Shown here: positions 15,686 to 24,394 of the stretch, one piece after another
How the letters are laid out: every line of letters begins with the position of its first letter
How positions within the stretch are numbered: the stretch's first letter is position 1
Translations under genes and position numbers: made by a program
Assembly (NCBI GenBank): GCA_043730305.1
Contig: JAYTKL010000400.1
Span: 1-37,407 of the forward strand
Source of the DNA: Deinococcales bacterium
GTDB lineage: Bacteria > Deinococcota > Deinococci > Deinococcales > JAAFIG01
Length of the DNA stretch: 37,407 nt
Direction: 5' to 3'
Notes under the pieces: generated by a model
Seen by the model: the letters and a program-made list of their open reading frames with translations, nothing else
Database searches by the model: none
What the model was told of the DNA's origin: nothing

Positions 15686-18600
15686 TTACTGAAATCTAAA
15701 GTTCGCCGCGTGCACCGAACCATCGCTCAAGGTCACCACCATCTGACGGCAGGTGTCTTTCCAGCCTCTTAATGCGAACACCTCGAGCGCGTACACACCG
15801 CTCTTGAACGTCAGGCTTTCAACCCAGACTTCATTCGTGCGTCCCTGAACAACCAGGGTAGTGCAATTGATCTGAACCGAATTGACGATCCTGACCACGC
15901 GACGACCAAAATCCCCACCCAGACTAAACTTCAAGAAGAACGTGTTGCCAACCCGAACACTGTTCAACGCGGGTAGGTTCAGCACTGGTGAGAAGAAACC
16001 CGTGAAGTTGAATCCTGTCATGCCCGTGAACGAGACGCTCACCGTTGCGGGACTGGTCAAGTTCAGGGTTTGCGGGTTGGTTGTTCCGGTCAACGCACCA
16101 GAAAAGCCGCTGAAGGTAAAACCTGAATTCGGGGTGGCGGTGATCAAGATCGGTCCTGCATTGAAGAAACCTGAAGTGGGCGAGATACTGCCACCAGCAC
16201 CAGCGGAGGTCGTCAACTGGTATTGCGTTTGAAAGTTCGCCGTGATCGTAACTGGACTCGAGGCTGCCGTCACACTGTGTGAAATCGCACCGCCATCGGA
16301 CCAATTGAGCAGCACATACCGTGTGCCTGCGACCAGACTCTGCGGCGAGGTCGTGGAGACGCTGTGGGCGCTACCGGGGACCCATTGAAAGGTTCGTGCG
16401 GTGTTGTAACTGGTGCCGTCCACCGTGAAACTCAAGCCCGAGGGTGAGGTGGCAATCGTGGTGGCGACGATGGTTTGGGCAAAGCTCGCACTCACGCTCA
16501 GCGGACTCGTCAAATTCAAGGTTTGTGGGTTGGCCGTGCCAGTCAAAGCACCAGCAAAACCGCTGAAGCTGAAGCCCGAATTTGGACTTGCCGTCACGAC
16601 AACCGGACCAGCGTTGTAAAACGCTGTGGCTGGCGTGATGCCTCCACCAGCGCCAGCCGAGGTCGTCAAGAGAAACTGCGTTTGAAAGCTCGCCGTGATC
16701 GTGGTTGGACTGGATGGTGCAGTGACGGTGTGCGATATGGCCCCACCGTCTGACCAGGCATTGAACACGTACTGCGTTCCGGCGACAAGGCTTTGCGGCG
16801 AGGTTGTCGAAACGCTATGCGAACTCCCTGGCAGCCAATCAAAGGTTTGGGTGCTGGTGTAGGTGGTTCCGTCTACGATGAAGTTGAGCCCGGCTGTTAC
16901 CGTGTTGATCGTGGTTGCCACGGTGAGTTGATTGAAGGTCGCGTTGACCGATGCAGGACCGATCAAATTCAAGATTTGTGGACTGGTCGTCCCAGTCAGC
17001 GCCCCAGAAAAACCATTGAACGCGTAACCAGCATTGGCGGTCGCGCTGAGCACCACTGGACCCTCATCGTAAAAGCCTGTTGACGGTGAGACACTTCCAC
17101 CCGCACCAGCCGAAGTCGTCAACTGATGCTGGGTTTTGAAGCCCGCCGTGATCGTGGCGGCGCTTGATGGGACGGTCACACTGTGCGAGATTGCGCCGCT
17201 GTCAGACCAGGAATTCAGGACGTATTGCGTGCCTGCGACCAGGCTTTGCGGCGAAGTTGTTGCAATCGTGTGTGTGCTGCCAGACAACCACTGAAAGGTG
17301 TGGCTGCTGGTGTAGGTTGTGCCATCGGCCGTGAAGCTGAGCCCAGCCGGTGAAGTGTTCACGGTGATCGGAACCTCGAGATCATCATTCACAATCGTGC
17401 CGAGACCTTGAGCATCGCCCACCGTCGCACCGGTCACGTTGCTGAGGTTGACCTTAAAGGTCTCGTCAGGCTCGACCAGCGTATCGCCGTTGACCTGCAC
17501 GGTAAATGTGGCGCTCGAGCTTCCGGCCGGAATGGTTTGCGCGGTCAGTGCTTGCGTTGCGAAATCGCTCGTGCTATTCGCAGTGTCATCTTCGGTGGCA
17601 ATGTCGAAGGTCACACCGCCAGCTCCGGCTGGAGTGCTGAGGTTGACGGTGAAGGTAAACGAGGTAGTACCAGTGTCGCCTTCGTTTTGAGAGACATCGG
17701 TGATGCCCATGACCACAACGAGGAGGTTCAACCCGCTCACATCCACTGGAGTGTTGCTGTTGGTATTGCTGCCATCCCCTAGCTCTCCACCGGCATCGTT
17801 TCGTCCCCAGCATTTGACCCCACCCATATTGGTCAAAGCGCAACTGTGGTACCCACCTGCAGTAATGGCAGTGACCCCGCTTGTCAACCTGCTCACATCC
17901 ACTGGGGTGTTGCTGTCGGTGGTGCCGCCATCTCCTAGCTGGCCAAAGAAGTTTGAACCCCAGCACTTGACCCCACCAACGCTGGTCAGGGCACACGTTT
18001 GCTCATTGTTAGCACTGATGTCCGTGACCCCGCTTGTTAAACCGTTTACATCCACTGGAGTGTTGCTGTCAGTGGTGCTGCCATTCCCTAGCTGGCCCTC
18101 GAGGTTGCGACCCCAGCATTTGACCCCACCCGTGTTCGTCAGAGCGCAAGTGTGGTAGTAACCAGCGCTGATGGCCGTGACCCCGCTGGTCAACCCGTTC
18201 ACATCCACAGGAGTGTTGCTATTGGTGGTGCCACCATCCCCCAACTGTCCAGAGAAGTTGGCACCCCAACATTTAACCCCACCAACACTGGTCAAGGCAC
18301 AAGTGTGAGAATAACCAGCGCTGATGGCAATCACTTCACTGGTCAATCCGCCCGCATCCACAGGAGTGTTGCTGTTGGTGGTGCTGGCATCCCCTAGCTG
18401 GCCAAAAGGGTTCGAACCCCAACATTTGACCCCACCTGTGCTGGTCACAGCGCAAGTATGGTCAACACCGGCGCTGATAGCAGTAACCCCGCTTGTTAAT
18501 CCGATTACATCCAAAGGAGTGTTGCTGTTGGTGGTGCTGCCATTCCCTAGCTGGCCATTGAGGTTGCGACCCCAGCATTTGACCGCACCTGCGCTGGTCA

Positions 18601-18937
18601 GAGCGCAAGTGTGGTTAGCACCAGCGCTGATGGCCGTGACCCCGCTTATCAAACCGCTTACATCTACCGGGACGTTGCTGCTGTAAGTATTGCTGCCGTC
18701 TCCTAACTCACCATTGCCGTTGAAGCCCCAGCATTTGACTCCACCGGCACTTGTCAAGGCACAAGAATGTATATTACCAGCGCTGATGGCTGGCTGGGTG
18801 CCCAGCGTCATCAGTTTGGGCTGGTTCAAGGTCTGGTTGGGCTTATCGGCTTGGACGGCTTGGGGTGTTGGAAGCTGGTTGCAGGCGCTCGCAATAACCG
18901 CGAGCATACAAACCAACAGGTAGTGGATTGCTTTCAT
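15686..18937 (-). CDS. Large lipoprotein: 7x RCC1 repeats + Calx-beta + 3x ~151-aa tandem repeats + C-terminal PxKF-like domain
   Basis: The ATG at 18937 is preceded by AAGGAG. The lipobox is [19 protein letters not shown]. Seven copies of H(T/S)CALTS.GGVKCWG.N..GQLG.G.T..S.TPVDV give RCC1 blades. [17 protein letters not shown]...[13 protein letters not shown]...[12 protein letters not shown]...IVNDD is Calx-beta. The end [34 protein letters not shown] resembles the PxKF domain. Confidence 0.85.
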   Translation of the reverse strand: MKAIHYLLVCMLAVIASACNQLPTPQAVQADKPNQTLNQPKLMTLGTQPAISAGNIHSCALTSAGGVKCWGFNGNGELGDGSNTYSSNVPVDVSGLISGVTAISAGANHTCALTSAGAVKCWGRNLNGQLGNGSTTNSNTPLDVIGLTSGVTAISAGVDHTCAVTSTGGVKCWGSNPFGQLGDASTTNSNTPVDAGGLTSEVIAISAGYSHTCALTSVGGVKCWGANFSGQLGDGGTTNSNTPVDVNGLTSGVTAISAGYYHTCALTNTGGVKCWGRNLEGQLGNGSTTDSNTPVDVNGLTSGVTDISANNEQTCALTSVGGVKCWGSNFFGQLGDGGTTDSNTPVDVSRLTSGVTAITAGGYHSCALTNMGGVKCWGRNDAGGELGDGSNTNSNTPVDVSGLNLLVVVMGITDVSQNEGDTGTTSFTFTVNLSTPAGAGGVTFDIATEDDTANSTSDFATQALTAQTIPAGSSSATFTVQVNGDTLVEPDETFKVNLSNVTGATVGDAQGLGTIVNDDLEVPITVNTSPAGLSFTADGTTYTSSHTFQWLSGSTHTIATTSPQSLVAGTQYVLNSWSDSGAISHSVTVPSSAATITAGFKTQHQLTTSAGAGGSVSPSTGFYDEGPVVLSATANAGYAFNGFSGALTGTTSPQILNLIGPASVNATFNQLTVATTINTVTAGLNFIVDGTTYTSTQTFDWLPGSSHSVSTTSPQSLVAGTQYVFNAWSDGGAISHTVTAPSSPTTITASFQTQFLLTTSAGAGGGITPATAFYNAGPVVVTASPNSGFSFSGFAGALTGTANPQTLNLTSPLSVSASFAQTIVATTIATSPSGLSFTVDGTSYNTARTFQWVPGSAHSVSTTSPQSLVAGTRYVLLNWSDGGAISHSVTAASSPVTITANFQTQYQLTTSAGAGGSISPTSGFFNAGPILITATPNSGFTFSGFSGALTGTTNPQTLNLTSPATVSVSFTGMTGFNFTGFFSPVLNLPALNSVRVGNTFFLKFSLGGDFGRRVVRIVNSVQINCTTLVVQGRTNEVWVESLTFKSGVYALEVFALRGWKDTCRQMVVTLSDGSVHAANFRFQ
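16020..17375 (-). repeat. Three tandem ~453-bp coding repeats (~151-aa units)
   Basis: The unit V.TT..T...GL.F..DGT.Y......F.W..GS.H...[13 protein letters not shown]...[28 protein letters not shown]...P...F...GP......N.G..F.GF.GALTG...PQ.LNL..P.SV...F occurs three times. Coordinates are approximate. Confidence 0.8.
17720..18790 (-). repeat. Seven tandem ~150-bp RCC1-blade coding repeats
   Basis: The ~50-aa unit ...[41 protein letters not shown] is repeated 7 times in the protein. Coordinates are approximate. Confidence 0.8.
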
Positions 18938-19305
18938 CCGTGTCTCCTTTGCGTTTCGAACCTGAAAGTTGTCCGGCTGGTCAGACGGAATAAGTTCATG
19001 TTTCCCCCAAGAATTTACGGTTGACACGCGGTCAACCTCGAGTGGTTCCTTCCAAACGAAGTAATGGAAGTCTTTGAACGTGTTTGAACAGGCGTTTTGT
19101 CAATTGATGATTCCCTTCACGTGTTTTCTCTTCGTGAACACCCGAGGATTTAGCCATGCAAGAGAAGTTTTTTAGAATCGTCCGTTAGTCTGACAAACGA
19201 ACATCCACTAAACGTCTATGCAAAAATGTGAGAGTTTTTCCACTCAAATAACCTGAGTGTCTTCTGCTCAATCTGTTCCATGATTATCATTTTGTAGCAC
19301 TCACG

Positions 19306-19338
19306 ATCCGACCAAAATCCGACCAGTATCCGACCAGC
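19306..19338 (+). promoter_or_regulatory. Three tandem 11-bp direct repeats (ATCCGACCAAA / ATCCGACCAGT / ATCCGACCAGC): candidate activator (SARP-type) binding site
   Basis: The 9-nt core ATCCGACCA is perfect and repeats with exact 11-bp periodicity. The array ends 26 nt upstream of the -10-like TAAACT at 19365. SARPs are known to bind direct repeats with 11-nt phasing next to the -35 position. Confidence 0.45.
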
Positions 19339-19364
19339 ACCCCCAAACCTCTCAAGCAAAGCGC

Positions 19365-19370
19365 TAAACT
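19365..19370 (+). promoter_or_regulatory. -10-like hexamer TAAACT, 7 nt upstream of the ATG at 19378 (leaderless-type promoter)
   Basis: The sequence is gcgcTAAACTctcgagaATG. There is no Shine-Dalgarno sequence, and the spacing fits transcription starting at or next to the start codon. Confidence 0.4.
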
Positions 19371-19377
19371 CTCGAGA

Positions 19378-22338
19378 ATGAGCTTGCACCTCGAGACACT
19401 TGGAGGGATTCGACTGGTTGGCGTTGAATTTCAACGACCGAAACCCTTGTTGTTGCTCGCATACCTGAGTCTCGAGGGTCCAAAACCACGGCGCGACCTC
19501 ACGACCTTGTTCTTCTCGGACAGCGATCAACAGGCGGATGCCCTGTCCACCACCTTGCGTCGTTTGCGGGCGGTGAAGGTGATTGACGAGTCTGGCGGAC
19601 GGGTCGCTGCAACCGTGAACTGTGATGCGAACCTCTTGCGGGAACATTTCGAGCAAGCTGATCTCGAGCGTGTCCTCGAGTTGTACTCGGGAGTGTTCGC
19701 CGCAGGGTTGAGCGGTCATCTTGGCACTGACCTCGAGGAGTGGGTCTTCCAAACCCGCGAGCGTTTAGCTGGTCTGGTTCGTTTGGCGCACCTCGAGCTG
19801 GGTGAACGTGCCCTCGAGCAAGGCGACACGCGACACGCGTTGAAACACGCCGAGGCTGCGACGCATGTGCCTGGTGCGAAAGAACCCGCTCAGACAAAAA
19901 CAAAACGCTTAAAGCAGCTGCTCGAGCATTTGGGGAACAGTTCAGCAAACCTTGCTGGAACACCCAGAACGTCCAAGCTCCCCTTGTCGTTGACCTCGTT
20001 CGTCGGACGAAATCATGAAACGAAGCAGGTGCTCGAGATTCTGGCTGGCACGGCGGGCAGACTCATCACGATTCATGGTTCTGGTGGGGTTGGGAAATCC
20101 CGTTTCGCGCTCGAGGTTGCACGCTTGGCATTCGAGCATGATTCAAGCTGGCAGGGTGTTCACCTGGTTCAACTCGAGTTTCTCGAGAAACCCGATGGCT
20201 TGGCGGCTGCCATTGCACTTGCCTTGGATTTACCACCACCGGCTGGCAGTGACCCGTTTGCGGCACTCGCTTCAAGCATGGGTCACTCGAGACGGATGCT
20301 GGTGCTAGACAACTTCGAGCACCTGATTGCCGCCGCCTCAGCTTTGCCTCGCTTGTTGTCTGCCTGTTCGGGCTTGGCTTTGATCATTACTTCCCGCGAG
20401 CGTCTGAACTTGCGTGCCGAATGGGTGCTCGACCTTGAAGGCTTACCAATCGCACCGCACAACGCGACCCTCGAGGAGCAACGCGTTTCCCCTGCCGTGT
20501 TACTGTTCATGGATCGCGCCCGTCATGCCCGTGTCAACCTCGAGTTTGATGCAGACCATTTGCAAGACGCTGTTCACATCTGCGAACTCACAGACGGTTA
20601 TCCGCTCGCGCTCGAGTTGGCTGCCGCATCACTTCGAATGGTGCCGCTCGCCGAACTTGCCCGCACCTTGAAGAGCACAGCGCTTGACCTCGAATCACCG
20701 CACCGTGATAACCCTGACCGTCATCGTAGTGTCCGTACCGTCTTCGAGCATTCATGGCAGCGACTGAGTGCCACCGAACAACACGGACTGGCTTGCCTCG
20801 CGTCGTTTCAAGGTGGCTTCACTCGAGAAGCAGCACTCGCCGTCGCCAGTGTGGACGGTCATGCACTCGAGGGTTTCGCGGATCGCTCGTTGGTGCAAGT
20901 TTCGCCGACTGGACGGTTTGGGTTTCATCCCTTGCTGCACAGTTTCTTGCGCTCAAAACTATCAGCAGACACAAAACTCGAGGAACACGCGCTCGAGCTT
21001 CACGCTTTGTACTTTGGCAACATCCTTCAATCGCTGAACGTGCAAGCCCACGGTGCGGCGGATGCTGGCGTGATGGATTACATGGCAAGCGAGGAGGGAA
21101 ACCTGGTCGCGCTACTTCGGTATAGCCTGCAACACCAGCAGTTTGATACTTTGGCGAATCTGGCAGAACCTTTCTTGTGGTACATGCCACTCCGAGGACG
21201 TTTTGCCGAGGCGTTGCAACTCAATGTTGAGATTCTCGAGGGACTACCTGAAAACGACCCAGCAGCGAACGGCGCACTTGCCGCGTTCCTGACAAATGCC
21301 TCGTGGTTATACCGACTGGTTGGCGATCTCGAGCAAGCTGTCGCATTGGCACGCCAAGCGCTGCAATTGGTAGAAACGAGCGGCAATACCTTGCAACACA
21401 TGCGCGTTCTTGATGGACTGGGGCAAGCACTTTTTCTTTCAGGTTCGTTTGACGCGGGCATTACCAAAGTTGGCAAAGCGCTCGAGATTGCCAGAAGTTA
21501 TGGTGATGACACCCGTTTGTTACGGGCTTTGAGCAATCTTGGTGCTGGGTACACCACATCGGGCAACATGCAAAAAGCCACGCAGTTCTACACCGAAGCT
21601 CGAGCTTTATACGACACTGGACGTGTTCTGAAAGGCATGGATGTGGTTTGGTTGCTCTCGAATATCGGTTACCAAAACCTACTGATTGCCGAATTTGATG
21701 AGGTGATTGCCATCTGCGACGAAGCGCTGGGTGTGGCACGTGAGGCGCGATGTGATGGACAGATGACGCTCTTATGGGCGTTGACTGCTTTTGCTCGACT
21801 TGAACGTTATCTCGAAGGTCACGATCCAACTGATCTCGAGATTGCCAATTCAACTTGCGTTCACGCTGTCCCTGCGGCAAAACAGAGCGGTGAGAAGTTC
21901 TCAGGGGTGATGCTGCTTACCGTCGAAAGTCGCATCATGCTTGAGCATGGGAATACGTCACACGCTACCGAACTATTGCTCGAGGGGTTACAGATCGCAC
22001 TTGAAAGTGGCAACCGCATTGCGTTTTTGTGGGCGTTGCCATACTACATCGAGGCATTGATCGCCTTGAGCAAGCTTGAAAAAGCGGCTGAACTTACAGG
22101 GTTTATTGCCGCCCAACCATCAAACGGCGTTTGGATGAAAGCTCGAGTGGCACGATTGGAAGTGACTCTCGAAACACGATTCGACGATCAGAAATTGTTT
22201 GAAGCTGGGAAATCTCGAGGTTCACTGCTGAGTTCTGAAAGTACGAAAGAGCGCTTGCTTGCCATGCTCGAGATTTCGGATAACCACGCGCCTTTTTTGA
22301 ATCCTGAGATTGGTATCAAAAAACCTGATTCGTGGTGA
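19378..22338 (+). CDS. SARP/BTAD-headed STAND ATPase + TPR regulator (paralogue of 7331..10297)
   Basis: 986 aa. The head is MSLHLETLGGIRLVGVEFQRPKPLLLLAYLSLEG..RRDLTTLFF. BTAD-like strings are YSGVFAAGL..DLEEWVFQTRERL. The P-loop is IHGSGGVGKSRFALEVA and Walker B is MLVLDNFEHL, followed by a long TPR-like C-terminal half. Confidence 0.85.
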   Translation: MSLHLETLGGIRLVGVEFQRPKPLLLLAYLSLEGPKPRRDLTTLFFSDSDQQADALSTTLRRLRAVKVIDESGGRVAATVNCDANLLREHFEQADLERVLELYSGVFAAGLSGHLGTDLEEWVFQTRERLAGLVRLAHLELGERALEQGDTRHALKHAEAATHVPGAKEPAQTKTKRLKQLLEHLGNSSANLAGTPRTSKLPLSLTSFVGRNHETKQVLEILAGTAGRLITIHGSGGVGKSRFALEVARLAFEHDSSWQGVHLVQLEFLEKPDGLAAAIALALDLPPPAGSDPFAALASSMGHSRRMLVLDNFEHLIAAASALPRLLSACSGLALIITSRERLNLRAEWVLDLEGLPIAPHNATLEEQRVSPAVLLFMDRARHARVNLEFDADHLQDAVHICELTDGYPLALELAAASLRMVPLAELARTLKSTALDLESPHRDNPDRHRSVRTVFEHSWQRLSATEQHGLACLASFQGGFTREAALAVASVDGHALEGFADRSLVQVSPTGRFGFHPLLHSFLRSKLSADTKLEEHALELHALYFGNILQSLNVQAHGAADAGVMDYMASEEGNLVALLRYSLQHQQFDTLANLAEPFLWYMPLRGRFAEALQLNVEILEGLPENDPAANGALAAFLTNASWLYRLVGDLEQAVALARQALQLVETSGNTLQHMRVLDGLGQALFLSGSFDAGITKVGKALEIARSYGDDTRLLRALSNLGAGYTTSGNMQKATQFYTEARALYDTGRVLKGMDVVWLLSNIGYQNLLIAEFDEVIAICDEALGVAREARCDGQMTLLWALTAFARLERYLEGHDPTDLEIANSTCVHAVPAAKQSGEKFSGVMLLTVESRIMLEHGNTSHATELLLEGLQIALESGNRIAFLWALPYYIEALIALSKLEKAAELTGFIAAQPSNGVWMKARVARLEVTLETRFDDQKLFEAGKSRGSLLSSESTKERLLAMLEISDNHAPFLNPEIGIKKPDSW

Positions 22339-22541
22339 AAATGAGAGCCACTGAAACAATTACTGTAGATTAGGTTGAGCGAAACCACTGTAAATTACAA
22401 AATCGCAAGTTGTTTTTTTGCGTTCAGGATATGATCACTACTACACGTTTCAAAGATCACAGACACCTGAACGCATAAACATGCACTCGAGGGACACTCA
22501 GACTTGAATGAGCTTCGGATTCCGCGTTTGATCGCGTTCCT

Positions 22542-23558
22542 ATGAACTCCGAAGCCCGAAACACTTTTAACACCTTCCAAGCCCTTCTTGACCATAAAAC
22601 GCACCTTCGGGCATGGTCGCTCATGCCAACCCGTGCAACCAAGAAAGCCTTCAAAAGCGCGGTTCATCACCTCCTCAAAGCCAACGGCAACCCCAGACCT
22701 CAACACTGCAAAACCACCAGTCCCAGCACCATCAGTCGATTCCATAACAAAACCCGTTGGGATACCCAAGTCTTAACTCGAGCCATGCAAGCCGTTGTTG
22801 TGAACATCATCATCAAATCGTACAAGCACACTCGAGGAGCGGGTCAAGTCATCAAAGCCCGATTGGATTTAACCACCCTCGAGAAAACAGGGAACTTCCC
22901 AAACCTTCCAATCACTGGCTTCAACGCTGTGAAAGGCTTGCACATCATTGTTTTGTACATCAGTGTAGGCAACCAGAGTTACCCGTTTCATTACGCGATC
23001 TGGAAAGGCAAAGGCAAAGCGACCTTGACGCAATTAGCCCTGGCTTTACTCAAAAAACTCGAGCGATCTTTACCTGAGCGTTTTAAGATTCGTGCTTTCA
23101 CGGAACTGAGCCGTCGTGGTGCGATGGTCTTCCTCAACAAGTGTAGCGTGCCCGTTTGGGTGAGTTGGTTTAAGCTCGAGCTTCACGGTGGGGAATTTGA
23201 ATGGCGTTACGTGGTCAGCACTAAAGTTGGTGATTGGTTGACGATTGTCACTTGGGGACGAGCGCGTTGGGCGATAGAGGGCTTTTTTAAGGTTATGAAA
23301 AGCAGGTTTGGTTTAGATCAGTTTGGGCAACGAACATTGCTTGGCACGATTCGGTTCTTACTCCTGTCTTTTCTAGCGTTTATGTTGACGAGTATCTCGA
23401 GGGTGGATCGAAGTATTTTACCCGACTGGCAAGCGTTGGCGCTCGAGTTGCGAAGATCGTTGTTCGCGCGGTTGGAGTGGGCTGTTGTGGAGCGGGAAAT
23501 GTTTGAACTTGAACCTTATTTGCAGGCGACTATGCAAGATTATGCGTCTGGTACATAA
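22542..23558 (+). CDS. IS4-superfamily DDE transposase, probably degenerate (internal deletion)
   Basis: 338 aa. RLDLTTLEKTG fits the first-Asp region and RARWAIEGFFKVMKSRFGLDQFGQRTL fits the conserved Y..R..IE..F/K block. I could not recognise the second-Asp region, and the spacing between blocks is short. IS ends were not identified. Confidence 0.6.
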   Translation: MNSEARNTFNTFQALLDHKTHLRAWSLMPTRATKKAFKSAVHHLLKANGNPRPQHCKTTSPSTISRFHNKTRWDTQVLTRAMQAVVVNIIIKSYKHTRGAGQVIKARLDLTTLEKTGNFPNLPITGFNAVKGLHIIVLYISVGNQSYPFHYAIWKGKGKATLTQLALALLKKLERSLPERFKIRAFTELSRRGAMVFLNKCSVPVWVSWFKLELHGGEFEWRYVVSTKVGDWLTIVTWGRARWAIEGFFKVMKSRFGLDQFGQRTLLGTIRFLLLSFLAFMLTSISRVDRSILPDWQALALELRRSLFARLEWAVVEREMFELEPYLQATMQDYASGT

Positions 23559-23625
23559 CTGCAAGAAATGAGGTATCTCGAGGTACAAAAAAATCAGCAA
23601 TTGCTTGTTCTCCTCTCATCCCCCA

Positions 23626-23649
23626 CCCTTCTCTCCCAGGAGAGAAGGG
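23626..23649 (+). terminator. Hairpin CCCTTCTCTCC-CA-GGAGAGAAGGG (11-bp stem) followed by a weak T-rich stretch
   Basis: The 11-bp inverted repeat is perfect and lies 68 nt after the transposase stop. It is followed by AGTCTTTATTG. It may be a terminator or part of the IS end. Confidence 0.35.
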
Positions 23650-23732
23650 AGTCTTTATTGAATGTTCGAGGGACGAAAATTTGTGTTTTGAACCTTTTCA
23701 ACCCTTAAAACTCGAGATTAAAACAGCTTTGA

Positions 23733-23738
23733 TATAAT
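23733..23738 (+). promoter_or_regulatory. Consensus -10 hexamer TATAAT, 7 nt upstream of the GTG start at 23746 (leaderless-type promoter)
   Basis: The sequence is ctttgaTATAATcctagctGTG, with no Shine-Dalgarno sequence. A CTCGAGATTAAAAC repeat motif lies at the -35 position. Confidence 0.45.
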
Positions 23739-23745
23739 CCTAGCT

Positions 23746-24081
23746 GTGCAATCAACCAAAACATTTCGTGAACGGGTGCTGGATGTGATCGCTAACATTC
23801 CAGAGGGGCGCGTCATGACTTACGGTCAACTTGCCGAAGTGGCAGGAATGCCGCGTCACGCTCGAGCCGTCGGTGACATCTTGCATGGGCTGTCGCTCGA
23901 GACTGACCTACCGTGGTGGAGGGTGATTAACTCGAGCGGCAAGATCAGCACCTACAAGGTTGGGACGGGCGAATTGCAACGGGGGTTGCTCGAGCGCGAA
24001 GCGGTGCAGTTTGATTCAAATGGCAAGCTGAAACTCGAGTTGTTCAGGTGGCAGATTGAAGTGATTGAGACCGAGCACTGA
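23746..24081 (+). CDS. Alkyltransferase-like (ATL) protein: MGMT/Ogt DNA-binding domain lacking the acceptor cysteine
   Basis: 111 aa. IPEGRVMTYGQLAEVAG.PRHARAVG is the MGMT helix-turn-helix. The active-site pentapeptide is PWWRV rather than PCHRV, as in ATL proteins (PWHRV). Confidence 0.75.
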   Translation: MQSTKTFRERVLDVIANIPEGRVMTYGQLAEVAGMPRHARAVGDILHGLSLETDLPWWRVINSSGKISTYKVGTGELQRGLLEREAVQFDSNGKLKLELFRWQIEVIETEH

Positions 24082-24203
24082 GTTTCATTCTTAACGCGCC
24101 TTGAGCAAATTAACCATAAAACCATCTAGCAATACCGCAAAATACTTTGTCTCACAAGATGTAAATCTTGTTCGGGGAGTTTTAAAGCAAAGATGAACGA
24201 AGG

Positions 24204-24220
24204 CAAGGTCATTGACCTTG
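24204..24220. promoter_or_regulatory. Perfect 17-bp palindrome CAAGGTCA-T-TGACCTTG, candidate operator
   Basis: It lies about 175 bp upstream of the start of 24395..28090, in a 313-bp AT-rich intergenic region. I cannot name a binding factor. Confidence 0.25.
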
Positions 24221-24394
24221 AATACCACTATGCCCTACAATTATTGCAAAACTCATTCTTTTGTTATTTCGCAGTTTTGAACGAGCCTCGCAACAAAGGA
24301 AATTTCAATTAGGGTCGTAGTAAAACAACCCGAAATACAGGTTGCCGAAACCACCATCAAAGTTTGGAATTAAGCGTCGTTTAAGGGGAAAACC

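Noticed and set aside
15686-18937. The RCC1-repeat gene as a eukaryote-derived transfer.
   Set aside because: RCC1-type propellers are common in bacterial surface proteins. The gene has a bacterial lipobox and RBS and a bacterial domain context (Calx-beta, PxKF-like).
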